This document shows positions 1 to 13,587 of a stretch of DNA of 64,000 nt, piece by piece. Source of the DNA: Rhynchobatus australiae (taxonomy: Eukaryota); assembly GCA_034780895.1 (NCBI GenBank), contig JAUZTB010000064.1, positions 113,182,645 to 113,246,644 on the forward strand. The letters are read 5' to 3'. The translations under genes were made by a program, and so were the position numbers. Each line of letters begins with the position of its first letter. The first letter of the stretch is position 1. The notes under the pieces are model-generated. The model ran no database searches, was not told where the DNA came from, and worked only from the letters and a program-made list of their open reading frames with translations.

Positions 1-168
1 ATCACCTGCCAGCTCTTGCTCCACCCCTTCCCTTCACCTTTTTATACCGGCTATCTCCCCTCTGTCTTTCAGTCCAGATGAAGGTCTCAATCCGAATCAT
101 CGACCGTCCATTTTCCTCCATTGATGCTGCCTGACCCACTAAGTTCCTCCAGTATCTTTTGTGTTGCT
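1..168 (+). mobile_element. Penelope-like element 3' end / pseudo-LTR with degenerate hammerhead motif
   Basis: cagtccagatgaaggtctcaatccgaatcatcgac followed by gatgctgcctgacccactaagttcctccag; same family as 13895-14065. Confidence 0.7.
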
Positions 169-559
169 GTAAGTGTAAAGGTTGGTTCCAGGACACTTAG
201 ACTTGAAGCAACTTAGCTGGTCAGCTATCTGCCAATGGGACTTGGAGATTCCAGTCACATGGAGTAGATCTCAGATGCCTCCACAGTAACATAAATAGGG
301 ATTAGTTTGTACAGATACCCTGCCGCTCACTCCACAAGATCCACAACCCTGGAAGTAACTGCTGGGATCCTCGCTTAGAAGTTTTCTGGTCCAATGTATT
401 CAGGTTCTGGCATGGGGTTTACAGACACTACCTCATTCAAAGGCAAGTGTATTGCAAACTGAGACAACACAGTGAATGGTTCAGAGTCGAGGTGATGTAG
501 GGTTGATTGGGAATCTGCGATGGGGCTTTGTGAATTTACCATGGGCAAAACAGCAATTT

Positions 560-780
560 GCACACTGTGACAAAGCAAAACATCAGAAGACACTTCACAG
601 GAGGGTTATTAAACACCATTTGATGATGAGCCACAAAGGAGATATTAGGATGGGGGAGAAAGCAGTTGGCTTTAAGGATCAGTTTGAAGGTCAAGTTGGG
701 GAGGAAGGCAGCAAGTGGATTCCAAAGCTTAGAGGCTGGACTACAAAAGGCACAACAACTAAATAAGGGTATGGTCAAGG
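560..780 (-). mobile_element. Old L2-type LINE 3' fragment
   Basis: Resembles the decayed L2-like 3' tail (gagccacaaaggagatattagg...ggattccaaagcttagaggc); related to 7000-7240 and 59690-59920. Confidence 0.4.
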
Positions 781-782
781 TC

Positions 783-1053
783 AGATATCTTTATTAGTTA
801 CATTGAAGCACACAGTGAAATGCATCTTTTGTGTAGAGTGTTCTGGGGGCAGCCCGCAAGTGTCGCCACGCTTCCGGTGCCAATATAGCATGCCCACAAC
901 TTCCTAACCCATATGTCTTTGGAATGTGGGAGCAAACAAGAGCACCTGGAGGAAACCCACGCAGACATGGGGCGAATGTACAAACTGGGAGCGGCCAGAA
1001 TTGAACCCAGGTCGCTGGCGGTCTAATAGCATTACGCTAACCACTACACTACC
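783..1053 (-). mobile_element. tRNA-derived V-SINE-type element
   Basis: Minus strand has a tRNA-like head (ggttagcgtaatgctattag...gggttcaattc) and V-domain-like ggtttcctccaggtgctc...cccacattccaaagac; close copy at 40876-41155. Confidence 0.85.
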
Positions 1054-1084
1054 AGACATGCAGCCAGATGTGCAGCTTAACTTA

Positions 1085-1160
1085 ACACCATGGTTGGCAC
1101 AGGCATCTTGGGCCAAAGGGCCTGTTCTTGTGCTGTACAATCCTATGTTCTATGTATGCT
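1085..1160 (+). mobile_element. CR1 LINE 3' tail
   Basis: tgggccaaagggcctgttcttgtgctgtacaatcctatgttctatg, typical CR1 terminal hairpin plus short repeat. Confidence 0.7.
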
Positions 1161-2019
1161 CTATGAATGCAAGTTTGACACAGTTTCTTGTAGAATAAAC
1201 TGCAACCCATAGTAAAGGTAGGGAACAACAGAAACATAATGGAAGTGAGGGAGATTGAATGAATGACAGGAGATTTTTTTTTAAATCACAAGTGGAGAGC
1301 AAGGAGTATCGTGGGCAGTACAACCTTGGCATTAAGGCTGATGTGCAAATTTGGCAGTGTTCTGTAAATGGGTTGACTGCTTATCTTGAGTTAGCCTAAT
1401 TAGGAAAAGAGATGTATATGAAGAGGAAGTAAAAGGAATGTTGGTGAAGAGGTATAAATACAATTTCCTCATATTGCTGACATTTCCTAGTTTGCTTAAT
1501 AACCGGAAAGCAATAAAGAGGGGATAATTAAATTTAACGGTAAATGGAAAGAATGATGTAACTTTCAATCAACTGAAGAATGACACTTACATAAAGACAT
1601 GATTCATGAGATTTTTCTTCCACCAAGATTCTGTAGAGGTCAGACTCTTGCCTGATTATTGAGGCTAATGGTTCTCATGCTACAATAAATAATGGTAAAA
1701 GTAGTCATACACAGCCATTATTGAATACTTTATAGCAAAATGAAAACTGTGAAATAGTCAGCCATTATCCAAACTTGTTCTTTGTGGGAAGAATAAAATA
1801 TTTTGATCCATTTAACAAAGTTTGGAACAAATCCAAATTTTTGTAAAGCATATTAAAACAAGTAAAGTTAATCTCATATAAAAAAGCTTTCTCTGAATGC
1901 AAAGGCAACTGTTAGACCGATTTGATTTCAGCTGCAGTACTTAAATGACATTTTTCAGACAGTAAGTTTACTTTGTCTGAAACATGTGATTGCTGGTAGT
2001 ATTATTCTTGTCCAGTCAG

Positions 2020-2845
2020 GTAATGTTTTGTGTACATTGCTGGAGCCTCAGCAATTGATGACTTAGATGAAGACACCAAGTGTAAGGTATCCAAGTTTGT
2101 TAATGATGTAAAATCAAGGAAAGTAAGGTAGGAGGAAGTTGGAAGATTTCCGTGGAAGAATGTAAACAGATTAGATGAGTGTGTGAGAAGATAGCAGGTA
2201 AAGTACAACATGGGGAAATGAGGTTATTCATTTTTGAAGAATAAGAAAATGTCTTAAATGTTAAACTTGAAGTTTAGGGACCTGGTGGTCCAAATATCCT
2301 TGTACATCAAGTTAACATACAGGCACACAAAGCAATTGGGAAGATAAGTGGTATGTTCGCTTTACTGCAAAAGAGTTGGACTCCAAGGGGAACAGATTTT
2401 TGCTTCTTCTAAAATTTCACTGAGTCATAACTGGAATACAGTGTGCAATTTTGGATATGCTTGCATTAGGGGCAATACAATTGGATGAAGATGATGACCT
2501 ATGAGGAGATATATGCACCAAAGTTTATAAGAATGGCAAATGATCTCTTTAAGACATAAGATTCTGAGAGGCTGTTTACTGTAGAATCAAGAATGAGGGT
2601 GTAAAGTGTCAGGATAAGTAGTCAGTCATTTGGAATGGTGATAAGGAAATCTTTCTTAACTCAGGGGATTGGGAATCTTTGGAATTTGCTAATCCACAAG
2701 GCTGTGGATGCTCACATTGATTATATTCAAAACTGGGACTGATAGTTTTTGGGAAGTCAGAAGTACTTGTGGAAAAGTGTATTTAAGGTAAAGCTCTTAG
2801 TGAATGATGAAACAGACTCGAGGCCATGTGGCTTACTCCAGTATC
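2020..2845 (+). mobile_element. Decayed CR1 LINE, RT C-terminal part and 3' end
   Basis: gtatccaagtttgttaatgatgtaaaa resembles SKFADDTK; downstream CR1-like cagtgtgcaattttgg, ttcttaactcagggg...aatctttggaatt and a 3' tail. Confidence 0.7.
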
Positions 2846-5800
2846 AAAATGTAAAGAAATTAAAAATTGGATATTTTGCATTTTCTATGAAAGTACTTGA
2901 AATTAGTGCATGTTGTTTATACTTTGCTGAATAATACAACTTGTATTTACTTTAAATTGTGACTGTGAAAGACAAATTGTCATGCTTTTTAGTTCGGGTG
3001 TTGTAATGAAAGAAATCTTCTGTGGGGAATTAGTTTTCATATGGAGATGGGTTTTATATGTTCTGTCGAATGCTTTCAGACTGCAGAGAACTGTTAAATT
3101 TGTTAAAATCTCAACCTTGGTGCAGTTGGTACTCTCACCTCGGAGTTCATGAGAATAGAATAAAATAATTTTTTTGCAGGGTACTATTCTAAGTTACATT
3201 GCTGTGATGGTAGTTGCATATTGGTAATTCTGAAATATGTGGTTTCACATGTTGATCAGTCTATGGATTTGCAAGATTGAAATAATTATTTAACAAGATT
3301 AGTGTAATATTTTTACTGGAGGATTGAGTAATCTGTTAATATATTTGATATTGGCTAAAATCAGTCAGGATGATATTGGTTCTATTTGCCTGGGGGAAGG
3401 CAGGGAAACATAATTTTCTAGTCCTATGTAAGAGGATGCAGATTTGATTCAGGTTATGTCATGATTCAGACAACCTGCAGAATAATTTCTATTCACAGAA
3501 CTGTCAAAATTGCTAATCTGTGAGCATTTTCATTACCTTCAGTTGCGCTGAATATTTTTCCTTCCCTTTGTAGAGTATTGAATCCTGCATACTACTGTTA
3601 CAAGGCAGCCTTTGAACCAGTATTTAAGCAACAGAAATAGCAGAAGACTCTTGAGTCAAACCTAGTGATTTTCCTAGCCTGAAGTAAGTTGCTGGAGATG
3701 TGATAGTAAGCCAGCCTGAATTTTGCTTCTCTAGCTCTATAAAGTGGTCTAGCAATGAAAGGACTCAGCAAAGAGAAACATTGAAGTGTGGGGTTCCTGC
3801 CACAACCAACAAAGAGATAGAACCTTGGTCCATAATCAAATGATGTTCTGTTTTACATAAAATTGTTTGGGCAGTTCACAAATTTAAAAGAATCAAAAGT
3901 TGTTAATGTATGAGATCAAAGTGGTTTACATAACAACTGCATAAACTTCTTAGTGTCAAAAATTGATGTCTAGTGCTGGATTTCCTTGTTCTGTTTAATT
4001 GATTAGGGCCTTTGCTACAGAACTGATCACGTGGGTAAATCAGGATTCTTTTACCTACCTTTTGGTTCCCACCTACTGTAAATACGTGCACTGCAACTGA
4101 ATAATTGTAGTCTTGACACACTTGTAATTAATTGGATCTTTAATCTTTTCTAAAACATAAACTATTGTTAATGCAGAGATGTCATAGATTACTGATATTT
4201 TGTCATTATCACAAATGAAAGTGCACTGTTATTTTAGATCATTGATTTTCATTTAATATAACCATGCACAAATATGAGTTGAAATATCATGTATGCAGCA
4301 AGAAGTTTCTCATTTGCCCACTGTTACATGTCGGGACTTGAAAAGAAGTTAGGTTTTATTAAAGAGTGAAACCAGAATTTTAAGCTCAATTTTTACACTA
4401 TAATCCATGTTAATTTTAAATCATAATAATTATGATATGACGATGTATCCCATTTCCATTAAGTCAAAATCTGGAATTCTACCATCCCTGTAAAACTTGT
4501 ATTTTCTCATAATAAACATTGGGCAACATTTTCCTTGGCCTTCCGCCAGGAGTATGCATCAGGAAATTCTTCAGGAACTGTTCTGCTTATTCTACAGCAT
4601 GCCTGCCAGTTCCAGAATTTCATGCCAAATGTACATGAGACCAATACTATAAAAGTGTACACAGTTCCATGGTATGTAAGTTGGAGGAATTTTGTTTTTT
4701 GATGTTTGTTGGCTGCTGGTATTTCTGGTATGGAGTGTTGCTGTGACAATATAGAAGGAAACTTAAGAATTTAGTGGCTGCATTAGATTAGCCAATAACT
4801 CATAATCAATTTAAAACAAATACTAAGCCCATAACATAGGGCTACATAACACTGTTTTTATCAGTGGTGAGGCTGCTGATATGCTTTCAATCTTGTTTGT
4901 GAATTGCCAGCAAACCTTTTTAGCACAACTCTTGTTACAAATTGGATTTATTTGGTAGAGCATTCATAATGCATGCACATTGCGAGTTAATGATGTTGAT
5001 CCTATTGCAATATCAGAGCAGCAAAACTGAGTTGCAAAGACCCAGCAAATGCCATGTGTGAAGCATGTTCTAGACATTGATAAATAACACATTGGAGCAC
5101 CAGTGGCATGCCTTAAATGAATAATGCTGCACTGAGTGCTAAGTATACATCTAGTCTCCATTATATGAACAAACCAAAAATGCGACGAAAATGACGTCCA
5201 CAAAAATGGTAAAGGGGTCAGTTAAATGAATATGGGAACATGCAGAAATATGTTCAAAAGATGATCTTAAGCAAAAATGAAACGGTTACAAATCATAACA
5301 AGAAACTCTTACAGTAATTTATAAGCAATCTCATTTCTATGTAGGCCCAGGTTGGTAGTGGCATCTTTCATCCAGCCCTTGATGACTGTGGCTGCCTCTG
5401 TGCTGCTTCTGTGAACTTCTATTGGAGTTCAGCAGGGCATTGCTATCTCTCACTGGCATTGAGCTCTCTGATTAGGAAGTCTGCCCCTGTGTTCCCACAC
5501 AACTTTGTCTGTGGTAGAGTTGCAAAAGTACTTATTCAGATAAATGGGAGAAATTCATTCCTGGGAGACAGGAAACTGATTGTTTTTTTTTAATTATGCA
5601 TTTATGTTTGTTTCTATTACTTTATTATTTTTTAGTATCTGGCTGTGCATTTGAGGTTTATGAATGTAAAACAAGACCTGAGCAATATTTTTATTTTCTT
5701 TATGTCCCATATGTTATTGAATGTTTGTGCATGTTGAAGGCGTTCATGTACATTCAATGGTAGCTTTGACAGCACATGAGTCTAGGGGGATGGGACCTTA

Positions 5801-6319
5801 CTGGCTATGAAAGTAGTTCTGTGAGTCTAGCTGGCTGCCTGGGCTGAGACATTCTCTGTGCTACACTGAGCCATGCTGATGTGCTGGAAGCTGTGCTCCC
5901 AGTTGAAAACCTGCACCAGAAGCCAAGCTAGAGCAAGCTGTATGTTGGAGTGGCAGTTTGCCAGCAATTCTGGGGCAATGCAAGATCTGCTCCATTGATA
6001 TATATAAAATATGTGATTGAATTGCTAATAAAACTAAGAGGGACCAAACTGTAAATAATCTGGGACAGTATATATGTTGGAGTGCTAAGAGAAAATGGAA
6101 GAGATGGACATTCCTGAGGAATCACTGAATTGTAGCCAGTATGACACAAGTTGCATAAAGCAGAAGAAAATGTAGGAAGTGCAGCAGTCAGTTTGAACAC
6201 AGCAAGTTCTAAATCCTGACTAAATAATTTATAATTTAATTGATGTNNNNNNNNNNNNNNCAACAGGATGATGTTTTAGACAGGATCACTGGATACTTAT
6301 CCACAAACTATTTTCATTT

Positions 6320-6500
6320 AACACGTTGGGATCTCTTGCGTTCGCTCGAGAGCATGGACGTGGGCTCATATTATTCAATAGAGCTGCTTCTGACAATGCA
6401 GCACTCATTTAGTGCCACACCCGAATGTTAGCCAATTTTTATTTTGACCTCAAGTCTCTGGAATAGTATTTGAATTGCAAAATGTGCTACCCATTGAAAC
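6320..6500 (-). mobile_element. DeuSINE (SacSINE1-like) 5' fragment
   Basis: ctgacaatgcagcactcatttagtgccacac...caagtctctggaatag is the reverse complement of the Deu-domain/head motif. Confidence 0.5.
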
Positions 6501-6879
6501 ATTCAATGAGACAAATGTCCTGTGATGGCAACCTTGTGGACTTCTGATGAAATTACATTCCAGGTGTATTGAAGAGGTCCACGAGGCTTGGTAGAATTGA
6601 CACTCAGTATGTCCAAGCTATGCAGATACTCAGTGGTATCACTGAAGATATTGGAACATTGAACAATAAAATGCAAACAGTAGAATACAAGTCGTAGGTG
6701 ACAATTAAACAGCCTAGTCCTCTTTGAGTTACATTTGAATAGTGTCAGCTCTCAGAGTAGGGAACCTCCCCATTGGAAAAACCAATTAGATGCAACAATT
6801 TGTGGATTTCAGGTGCAACAATTTGTGCATTTGGGTGGAAACATTGAGCTTAGGTGAATAGCCTCTCATCTTCGATTTT

Positions 6880-6985
6880 CTTGCAATCTTAAGTGCAAAA
6901 TGTGGATCACTTTCCATATCTTATGAGCCACTGTTCAATAAAGGCAGACTTCAGGGACATAATTCAGCAGTGTGCCAGCCAGCCT
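6880..6985 (+). mobile_element. RTE-clade LINE RT fragment
   Basis: NVDHFPYLMSHCSIKAD resembles the RTE V..F.YLGS.LS..AD motif. Confidence 0.5.
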
Positions 6986-6999
6986 AGGCCAACAGCCCA

Positions 7000-7240
7000 A
7001 GCATCAAGACTCAAATCAGATTTGGCCACCTCTTTATTTCTGACTTGTTCATTGTCCTTGTTTTTCTCCCCCCTCCTTTAATGGGGGCTGTACCTTCAGC
7101 TGCCAAGATCCTAACCTCCAGAAAGCTCTGGAAATTCTTTTTGGCCTTTTTCGTTCATTGATTTGGAATCAAGTTTTGTTTCGTAATGCTCCTGTGAAGA
7201 CCTTTTGGGATGTTGGTTTCATTGAAGGATCGAACCAAAA
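7000..7240 (+). mobile_element. L2-type LINE 3' tail fragment
   Basis: ccttcagctgccaagatcctaacctccagaa...aatgctcctgtgaagaccttttgggatgtt. Confidence 0.5.
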
Positions 7241-7989
7241 CAAGTTATGGTAGTGTGTTGATGAGCTGCTACAGTGGATCATAGGCAACATTTTCCATAA
7301 TTGATATAGTACATTGATTACATCAGCAACAGCAAATACAAGAAATGCCAAGCAAGTTGGACAGCATCTTTTTGAAGAAAATCACTTGAAAGGAATTGAA
7401 TGATTTATTTTATATTTGCAGTATTCACATTTTGATTGTGGAGTCCAGATCATAGCATTCTAACAAACTTGCAAATTCACATTTTTCAATACCCAGTCAG
7501 TTTAACTCATTGTTATAAATATCCTATGTTGTGATATCAACAATGATCTGGGCTGTTCAGGGGTATGCAATTTAAGAGGCTAAAGACAATCTCCCATTTA
7601 TATCTACCAATTTTTATTTGCCATTCTATAAAGACATTTGAAATGCCAGCAAACCATAAAGAATTCAAAGCTGTTTTCTTTGGCAATCTTGAATTTGTTA
7701 GAATGGGATGGGTATATGTTTATCTGTTTCTAGTTTTAGATGTAGCAATTGGATAAAATATGCACAATTGTATCTGGAACCTAGGGAGCTAAACATTTTA
7801 AATTTATTAATCTACATTTTTAATCTAAACTTAATTCTTATAGTCACAGAGCAATATAGCATGGATACAGGCCCTTCAGCCCAACGATTCCATGCCAACC
7901 ATGGCGCCCACACAGCTCATCCCAATTTCCTGCGCTCGGGCCATATCCCTCTAAGCCCCACCCCTCCATGTAACTCTCCAAGTGTTTCA

Positions 7990-10555
7990 TAAATGATACT
8001 ATTGTACCTGGCTCAACCACTTCCTCTGGCAGCTCACTCCTTATACTCACCACTCTCTGTGTGGAAAAAGTTGCCCCTCAAGTCCCTTTTAAATCTTTCC
8101 CCTCTTACCCTAAATCTATGCCCCTTAGTTTTAGACTCCCCTACCCTAGGAGAAAGATTGTTACCATCCACCTTATCTATGCCTCTCATAATTTTAAACA
8201 TTTCTATAAGGTCGCCCCTCATTCTCCTACATTCCAAGGAATTGAGACCTAGCCTGGCCAGCCTCTCTCCCTATAACTCAGGCCTTCCAGTCTTGGCAAA
8301 ATCCTCATAAATCTTTTCTGCACTCTTTACAGTTTAACCACATCTTTTTTATAACATGCTGACCAAAACTGTACACAGTACTCCAAGTGCAACCTCACTA
8401 ATGACTTATCTGCAACTTAATGTCTTAACTCAATGTCTCAATGCCCTGACTGATGGAGGCCAGCATGCTAAATGCCTTTTTCATCATACAAGTCCTATGC
8501 TGGCTTGACTTTCCAAAGTGCATCAACTCACACTTATCTGTATTGAAATCCATTTGCCACTCCTTGGCCCACTTTGCTAACTGATCAGGATCCCCCTGTA
8601 ATCTACAATAACCTTCTTCATAATCAACAACGCTTACTAATTTTGTGTCATCTGCAAACTTACTGATCAAGCTTTGTGCATTTGCACACTAATCATTTAT
8701 ATGAATAACAAGGGTCTCAACACCTGCAGCACACTACTAGTCACCAGCACACCACTTCTGAGAAACAAACTTCACCCTCTGCTTCCTACCTCTGAACCAA
8801 TTTTGAATCTACCCAACTAGTTGTCCCTGGATTCCATGGGATCTAACCTTCTAGACCAGCTTACCATATAGGACTTTGTCAAAGGCCTTGCTAAAGTCCA
8901 AATAGACAACATCCGCTGCCCTACCCTCATCTACCTTCTTGGTTACCTCTTCAAAAGAAACTCCAAAAGGTTTGTCAAGCACGACTTCCCGTGCACAAAG
9001 CCATGCTGACTCCTCCTAATCGGACTCTGTCTATCCAAATCCTGGTAAACCCTGTCCCTCACAATTCCCTTCAGTAACTTCCCCACTACTGATTGTCAGG
9101 CTGACCGGCCTGTAGTTCTCTGACTTGTCCTTGCTACCCTCTTAAACAACAGAACAATGTTAGCTGCCTTCGGGAACTTCATCAGTGGCTAACAATGAAG
9201 CAAATATCTCTGCAAGGGCCTTTGCAATTTCTCTGCGAGCCTCCCACAAAGTCCAAGGATATACTCTGTAAGTTCCTGGGGATTTACCCACCTTAATGCA
9301 CTGTAAGGCTGAAAATGCCTCCTCCCTGGTAAAATGCATTTCCTCCAAAACATCACCATTTGTTTTCCCCTATCTCTTGAACAACCATGATTTTCTTCTC
9401 AGTAAGCACCGAGGAAAAGTATTTGTTGAAAAATCCCTCCCATCTGCAGCTGGAGACATAGTTGGTCCTGCTGTTCTCTAAGGGAACCTACTCTCTCCCT
9501 GGTCACCCTTTCAATATAACTATAGAATCTCTTGGGATTTTCCTTAAGCTTACCTGCCAGATCCATCTCATACCCTCTCTTTGCCGTCCTGATTTCCTTC
9601 GTAAGTGTATTCTTAATCTTTCATGGTCATCAAGGGATTAATTTGTCCCTCACCTCCTAAACCCAATGTATGCTTCCTTCTTTTTCTTGGCCACAGCCTC
9701 AATGTCTCTTGTCAGCCAAGGTTCCCTAAATTTGCCAGGTTTACCCTTCACCCTAACAGGAACATTCTGCTCCTGGACTCTTGATAACACACTCTTAAAA
9801 GCCTCCCACTTGCCATTCGCTCCTTTCCCCTCAAACGGGCTCACCCAATTGACCTCTGTTAGATCCTGCCTAATTCACCCAAAGTTAGCCCTGCTCCAGT
9901 TTAGGACCCTAACCTGTGGACCTGTCCTATCCTTTTCCATCACTATCTTAAAACTAATGGAATTGTGGTCACTAGAGCCAAAGTGCTCCCTGACCACCAC
10001 CTTGTTCCCTAAAAGAAGGTCCAGTATTGCACCCTCCCAAGTAGGTCCCTCTATGTACTTTCCTGGACTCATTTCACAAATTCCACCCCATCCAGGCCCT
10101 TAACACTCTGGGTAGTCCAGTCAATACTGGGGAAAGTATAATCTCCCACTAATACAACCCTATTATTGTTACAACTATGAGCAATTTCTCTACACACCTC
10201 CTCCTCAAGTTCCCACTGACTACTGTGGGATCTATAATACAGCTCCACTAGAGTGACCTTCCCCTTCGTGTTTCTAAGTTCTACCCATATGGCCTCACTG
10301 GACAATCCCCCAAGAACGTCATCTCTAATTACTGCTATTACATCCTCCCTTATCAAAAAGACAACACCCCCACCTTACCTGTACCTCTGTCATGCCTGAA
10401 GCATCTATATCCTGGGATATTGAGCTGCCAGTTCTGCCCTTCCTTCAGCCAGATTTCGGTTATGCCTATAACATCCCAATCTCAAAGCCAATCCACGCTC
10501 TGAGTTCGTCTGCCTTACCTGTTAAACCTCATGCATTGAAATAAGTGCAGTTTAA
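7990..10555 (-). pseudogene. CR1 ORF2 (APE endonuclease + reverse transcriptase), disrupted
   Basis: Starts LNCTYFNA*GLTGKADELRAW; ORF-track fragments 10069-10356, 9875-10072, 9650-9844, 9160-9348, 8425-8670, 8034-8237. Confidence 0.9.
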
Positions 10556-10716
10556 CTGAGTATTCTTTTCCCTGCTTTTAGTGTCCCTGGCTATCCTGAT
10601 TACTAAATGCTCTCGCTACTGCTTTATTCCATGACTTGCTCCTGCTCAGAGTTAACCAAACCACCCCCCACCCCTCACCCCTCCCCCCAGCCCTGGCCAA
10701 TCTAGTGTAAACCCTC

Positions 10717-11690
10717 TCATGCAGCATTAGCAAACTTCCTTGCAAGGATATTGATCCCTCGCTGGTTCAAATGCAATCCATCCCTCTGGTACAGGTTGCC
10801 TCTACCCCAGAAGAGATCCCAAAAATGGTCCAAGANNNNNNNNNNNNNNNNNNNNNNNNNNNNNNNNNNNNNNNNNNNNNNNNNNNNNNNNNNNNNNNNN
10901 NNNNNNNNNNNNNNNNNNNNNNNNNNNNNNNNNNNCCAGCTTCTCAGCCACGAATTCTTCTGGCCTATCCTTCTATTTCTGATCTCGCTAGCACGTGGCA
11001 CTGGAAGTAATCCAGAGATCACCACCCTCGAGGTCCTGCTTCTTAACTTCTTACCTAACTCCCTAATTCATTCTGCAGGACCTCATCCCTAGTTCTACCT
11101 GGGTCATTTGTACCAACATGTACAATGACCTCTGGCTGTTCGCCCTCCCCCTCGAGAATTTTCTGCAGCCACTCAGAGACATCCTTCACTCTGGCACGGG
11201 AGAGGCAACGGACCATCCTGGCCTCTCTTCTGCAGCCACAGAATCTCCTGTCTGTCCCTTTCACTATCGAGTCTCCTATCGCGATCACCCTGTCTGATTG
11301 CACCCTTTCTCTCTGAGCCTCAGAGCCGGTCACAGTGCCAAAGACCTAACTACTGCTGCTAGCCCCTGAAAGAACATCCCCCTCAACAGTATCCACCTGT
11401 TAGTGAGGGAAATGGCCACAGGGAAACCCTGCATTGACCGCCTACTCCCCTTACTTCTGGGGGTCACACACCTAACTGCAGCCTGTACCTTGAGTGTGAC
11501 CACCACAGTAAAAGTCTCAGCTGTGATGTTCTCAGCTTCCCAGATGATCCTGAGTACATCCAACTCCAGCTCCAGTTCCTTGATCTGGTCTGTTGGGAGC
11601 TGCAACTGGGTGCACCCTACAGATGTAGTCATCAGGGAGACCATGAGGTTCCCTGACTTCCCACATCTTGCAGGAGGAGCATTCCACTGC
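10717..11690 (-). pseudogene. CR1 ORF1 (coiled coil + SGNH/GDSL esterase), disrupted
   Basis: IAIGDSIVKG, VIVHVGTND, VISGLLP and DGLHLN SGNH blocks; LQL..QIKELELELDVLR coiled coil. Confidence 0.9.
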
Positions 11691-12259
11691 CCTAATCAAA
11701 GTTTATTTTTTTCCTCTTATAACAGCATTGGTGAGAATTTTCACAATTTTCTATGGAGATCATAAGATTCCTATTTTACTTTTGTACACAACCTAATTAG
11801 ACAAATTTGAGGTCCAGGTGNNNNNNNNNNNNNNNNNNNNNNNNNNNNNNNNNNNNNNNNNNNNNNNNNNNNNNNNNNNNNNNNNNNNNNNNNNNNNNNN
11901 NNNNNNNNNNNNNNNNNNNNNNNNNNNNNNNNNNNNNNNNNNNNNNNNNNNNNNNNNNNNNNNNNNNNNNNNNNNNNNNNNNNNNNNNNNNNNNNNNNNN
12001 NNNNNNNNNNNNNNNNNNNNNNNNNNNNNNNNNNNNNNNNNNNNNNNNNNNNNNNNNNNNNNNNCTTAGGGGATACTGTTGAAACTTCTGAGTTCCCTCT
12101 GAGCCTGGCAGCCTTCCCCTAGCTTTCCCTTTTCCTTCCTTCCTCAATATTTCACTAATAGCTCCCTTGTTCCTGAAGAACAAAACTAGCAGTTAGTGGC
12201 CATTGAAGGAGAATCATTAAAAACAGGAATTGAGTAATTGTAAACAGCCTACCCATGCT

Positions 12260-12715
12260 CTCTAGCCCAAGGCACAGCAATTCTGTATTTTCTGACAGAC
12301 AGTAAAGGAAAAAGCTGAGCTTTGTAGACTTGTGATGGAATTGTAGAATTCTAGGGGCCTGTGTCCCAGGATCAAAGCCTGATTGTTTGTGAGACTCCAT
12401 GAGGAGTCCGTCATGAATACAGAAAAGGGATTAGAACAGAAAAAAATGTGTCACTCGATGTTAGCTGGTATTTCTTGTACGGGCTGCTGATAAATTGTTA
12501 AATATCTCCCCTTCATAAAGCAGTTACAGTCTTGTTCATTTCCTGTTCTTGCAACATTTTCCCTCCACTTGAAAGTCTTCATATTGACACCTGCAAAATA
12601 TGTATCACCATTAAGATTTAATTTTGAATTCTTCCCTTTTTTTATATAATAGTGACTAATCTTTTGAAGCATAGTTCTTATGACACTTTTGTATCCTGCT
12701 TTCTTTCCCATTAAT
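12260..12715 (-). pseudogene. Restriction-like endonuclease (RLE) domain remnant
   Basis: With frameshifts: IQK(C)H..MLQKISHYYIKKG (RHN motif; R>C fits CpG decay), VT.LYEGEIFNNLSAARTR/KKYQ (DVT..FE...L..AR..K..KY), SSWSLTNNQALILG (GSW...N...L..LG). Confidence 0.6.
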
Positions 12716-13259
12716 TTTGTTTAACAACAAATAGTGCAACTTTTTTTTAACATGAGACTTGATTGTGAACAAACAGAATGCAAATGATGTTTGGTAATTG
12801 GGTTACATCAGACAAAGTTGGAGAACAACAAAACGTCAGAAAGGCTTCCTGCATTTGAAACATTACCAATTACTTTGGCAATGCACACAATTATTTGTCT
12901 AACTTGGGGTATAGATGGGGATGACATGTTCTCTCAAGTAATTGATAATTATTAATAAAACAAATTTTTAAAAGTTACTGGGTTAAACGCAATTTTAATT
13001 GCACCATTAAATAAGAACAGAATGATTTTGAATGATCTGACATAAAATGCTTTGCCTAATAACCTCTAATGATATAATTTAGAATCACCACCCTGTTCAA
13101 AATCTTCTTTTGGCTTGCCTCTATCTCCGATACCTCCTATAGTTCTACTATACTCAAATTCTGTATTCTAGCTATTCTGGCTCCCTTTGCATCCCTTATC
13201 CTTGAATATATGTTGAGAGGTTTGGCATCAAGATCTGCATACTCTACATACTTAAAGCA

Positions 13260-13487
13260 GTACCCTCCCTCCCCCACAACTTCCTCTTTCTCCAGTCCTG
13301 CACACACTACAACCCCTCTGATTCTCCCTCTCACTCAACTCCATCCCTCCCAGCCCTCCACTTTATCCTCACATTCCCCCTTTCTCCCTCTCTCCACTCT
13401 GCATTCCCCTTCTCTCTACCAATCTTTCCTCTTCCTGTTTCCACTGTCCCCTGCTCTCCATTCATTTTTCTCTCTGCCACTTTCCTC
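13260..13487. repeat. CT-rich low-complexity tract
   Basis: Pyrimidine-dominated sequence running into an N gap. Confidence 0.8.
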
Positions 13488-13587
13488 NNNNNNNNNNNNN
13501 NNNNNNNNNNNNNNNNNNNNNNNNNNNNNNNNNNNNNNNNNNNNNNNNNNNNNNNNNNNNNNNNNNNNNNNNNNNNNNNNNNNNNNN

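Larger units (their letters stand above)
7843..11700 (-). mobile_element. Near full-length, decayed CR1 LINE (ORF1 + ORF2 + 3' tail, with internal deletions)
   Basis: 3' tail at ~7845; RT motifs ISKFADDTKL (8670) and KSPG (9290); APE motifs EAIWVEL, VLVGDY.FP.IDW, GAILDLLL, GSSDHN; ORF1 esterase upstream. Confidence 0.95.

Noticed and set aside
783-1053. tRNA-like A/B-box sequence as a tRNA gene
   Set aside because: It is the head of a SINE with a second copy at 40876; no full cloverleaf.
11797-12183. ORFs spanning N runs (also near 18550, 25250, 48820, 58800 and others)
   Set aside because: They are open only because assembly gaps translate as X.
12451-12711. 86-aa ORF MGKKAGYKSV... as a stand-alone or viral gene
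   Set aside because: Better explained as partly out-of-frame reading of the decayed RLE domain.
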